Positions 37,357 through 38,368 of a DNA stretch of 38,368 bases are shown in pieces. The notes under the pieces were generated by a model that saw nothing but the letters and a program-made list of their open reading frames with translations, had not been told where the DNA came from and made no database searches. The DNA lies in assembly GCA_028695945.1 (NCBI GenBank), contig JAQVIB010000001.1, positions 1 to 38,368 on the forward strand. The letters run 5' to 3'. The stretch comes from Lachnospiraceae bacterium (GTDB taxonomy: Bacteria > Bacillota > Clostridia > Lachnospirales > Anaerotignaceae). Each line of letters begins with the position of its first letter. The first letter of the stretch is position 1. Both the position numbers and the translations under genes were made by a program.

Positions 37357-37392
37357 ATATCTTTAGATATAATACCATATATCTAAAGATAT
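37357..37392. repeat. Perfect 14-bp inverted repeat just downstream of the recombinase gene
   Basis: ATATCTTTAGATAT (37357-37370) and ATATCTAAAGATAT (37379-37392), separated by 8 nt, 13 nt from the recombinase stop codon. Confidence 0.8.
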
Positions 37393-37404
37393 TTCCACAT
37401 TCTT

Positions 37405-37956
37405 CTAATGCGTTTCCTTCACTCTTCGATAAAAAGTGTTCTTCTTCATCCCCAAAATGTCCATTGCCTTCCTTGCCGTAATCTCTCCCTTTCTCCATCT
37501 TCCGTATACCTTTTGAAAATCTGGGGATTCAATGCGCTTCCTTCCCAAATACTTCCCCTGATTTTTAGCAGCATCAATCCCCTCCCGTTGCCTTTGAAGA
37601 ATATATTCCCGTTCTAGTTCTGCAACTGCTCCGAATACTGTCAACATAAATTTACCTGTAGGTGTATTGGTATCAATAGCTTCTTTTTTGCTAATAAAGA
37701 CTACCCCTTTTGTATTTAACTTTTCAATCAACCAAAGAAGGTCTTTGGTATTCCTAGCAAAACGGCTGATGGACTCACAAATCACTGTGTCCCCATTTCT
37801 TACAAACTCCAGCATTCTTCTCAATTCTGGTCTGTCAAAGCTCTTTCCGCTAGACTTGTCCAAAAATATTTCATCAACCTCCAGTTCCTTCATCAAAACT
37901 TCTTGTCTTAAAGTGTTCTGCTCCTGGGAACTTACACGAATGTAGCCAATTTTCAT
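37405..37956 (-). CDS. Small serine recombinase (resolvase/invertase family)
   Basis: MKIGYIRVSSQEQNTLRQ contains the catalytic Ser context. Other family blocks are DKSSGKSFDRPEL, SISRFARNTKDL and AELEREYILQRQREGI. The C-terminal HTH is ITARKAMDILGMKKNTFYRRV. Confidence 0.9.
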   Translation of the reverse strand: MKIGYIRVSSQEQNTLRQEVLMKELEVDEIFLDKSSGKSFDRPELRRMLEFVRNGDTVICESISRFARNTKDLLWLIEKLNTKGVVFISKKEAIDTNTPTGKFMLTVFGAVAELEREYILQRQREGIDAAKNQGKYLGRKRIESPDFQKVYGRWRKGEITARKAMDILGMKKNTFYRRVKETH

Positions 37957-38018
37957 TCTCCAAACTGCCTCCTTCCATCTTTGATATAAAATATTGAGTC
38001 TAAAGTTCCTCTACGCTC

Positions 38019-38095
38019 AAAAAAGTGTCAATAGGGTCTACTTGCCTTTTGCAACGTTGCAAAATACAAAAATCAACTCTATTGACACACTTTTT
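38019..38095. repeat. Nested dyad symmetry upstream of the recombinase gene (candidate res/operator site or complex terminator)
   Basis: The outer arms are AAAAAGTGTCAATAG (38020-38034) and CTATTGACACACTTTTT (38079-38095). They enclose the perfect 18-bp palindrome TTTTGCAACGTTGCAAAA (38047-38064). A third half-site, CCCTATTGA, lies at 38116-38124. Confidence 0.7.
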
Positions 38096-38140
38096 CCGTG
38101 TTTCACTGGACTATACCCTATTGAAACGCTCTAACCCTTT

Positions 38141-38338
38141 CTAATACTCACACTGGTACAACAACTCCTCCACCTCATCCAAGGTATAACCCTCCTGATA
38201 CAACACTTCTACTTCCTCTGGCTCGAACCCAAAGCAGGCCGCCATCCACTTCAGTTCTTCCAACCGCTCCTGTTCCATATCCGTACACGCAATTTTGTAA
38301 TATGGTGTGCACTCCAAATAAGGGCTGTATCTTTCCAT
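38141..38338 (-). CDS. Small acidic hypothetical protein in the GC-richer region
   Basis: 65-aa ORF (MERYSPYLECTPYYKIACTDMEQERLEELKWMAACFGFEPEEVEVLYQEGYTLDEVEELLYQCEY). The codon usage looks different from the AT-rich glycan genes. I do not recognise a family. Confidence 0.4.
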   Translation of the reverse strand: MERYSPYLECTPYYKIACTDMEQERLEELKWMAACFGFEPEEVEVLYQEGYTLDEVEELLYQCEY

Positions 38339-38368
38339 GAACCATAGGTCGTCTAAATTGTTGTAGGA

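Noticed and set aside
37408-37945. Plus-strand ORFs 37408-37617 and 37667-37945
   Set aside because: They are antisense to the clearly recognisable serine recombinase gene.
37357-38095. The recombinase gene as part of an invertible (hin/gin-like) switch bracketed by matching inverted repeats
   Set aside because: The palindrome downstream (37357-37392) and the dyad array upstream (38019-38095) share no sequence, so no matching inverted-repeat pair flanks a segment within the window.

Overview
Low-GC, Clostridia-like (Firmicutes) chromosomal segment, almost entirely transcribed on the minus strand. Blocks from left to right: (1) 1-5169, a Mo-nitrogenase operon read right to left as nifH-nifI1-nifI2-nifD-nifK-nifE (nifE runs off the window). 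NifD carries the Clostridium-type insertion. (2) 5412-8021, molybdate ABC importer modABC. (3) 8325-11883, a large SLH-anchored surface protein gene split by a frameshift in a homopolymer tract. (4) 12234-13761, thiC with its own promoter, TPP riboswitch and terminators. (5) 13822-14060, a decayed remnant of a paralog of the SLH gene. (6) 14226-14855, a plus-strand monocistronic DUF4397 gene. (7) 15188-34638, a roughly 19.5 kb, 19-gene cell-wall polysaccharide operon. It holds rfbACB, two GT2s, rfbD, a Wzm/Wzt ABC exporter, a giant methyltransferase/coiled-coil/GT4/GT2 protein, two SDR enzymes, a GT-C-like polytopic protein, and a UbiA-type phosphoribosyltransferase/HAD/SMR/flippase-like module. 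(8) 34903-38368, an XRE regulator, three membrane proteins of unknown function, a small serine recombinase with dyad-symmetric sites, and the edge of a GC-richer, probably mobile region. The most interesting part is the distal glycan locus. It appears to hold a mycobacterial-DPA-like lipid-linked pentose donor pathway in a Firmicute. It also holds a single-polypeptide polymerase/ruler/terminator whose coiled coil contains perfect 42-nt tandem repeats. All calls come from reading the sequence and the ORF translations. No database searches were run.
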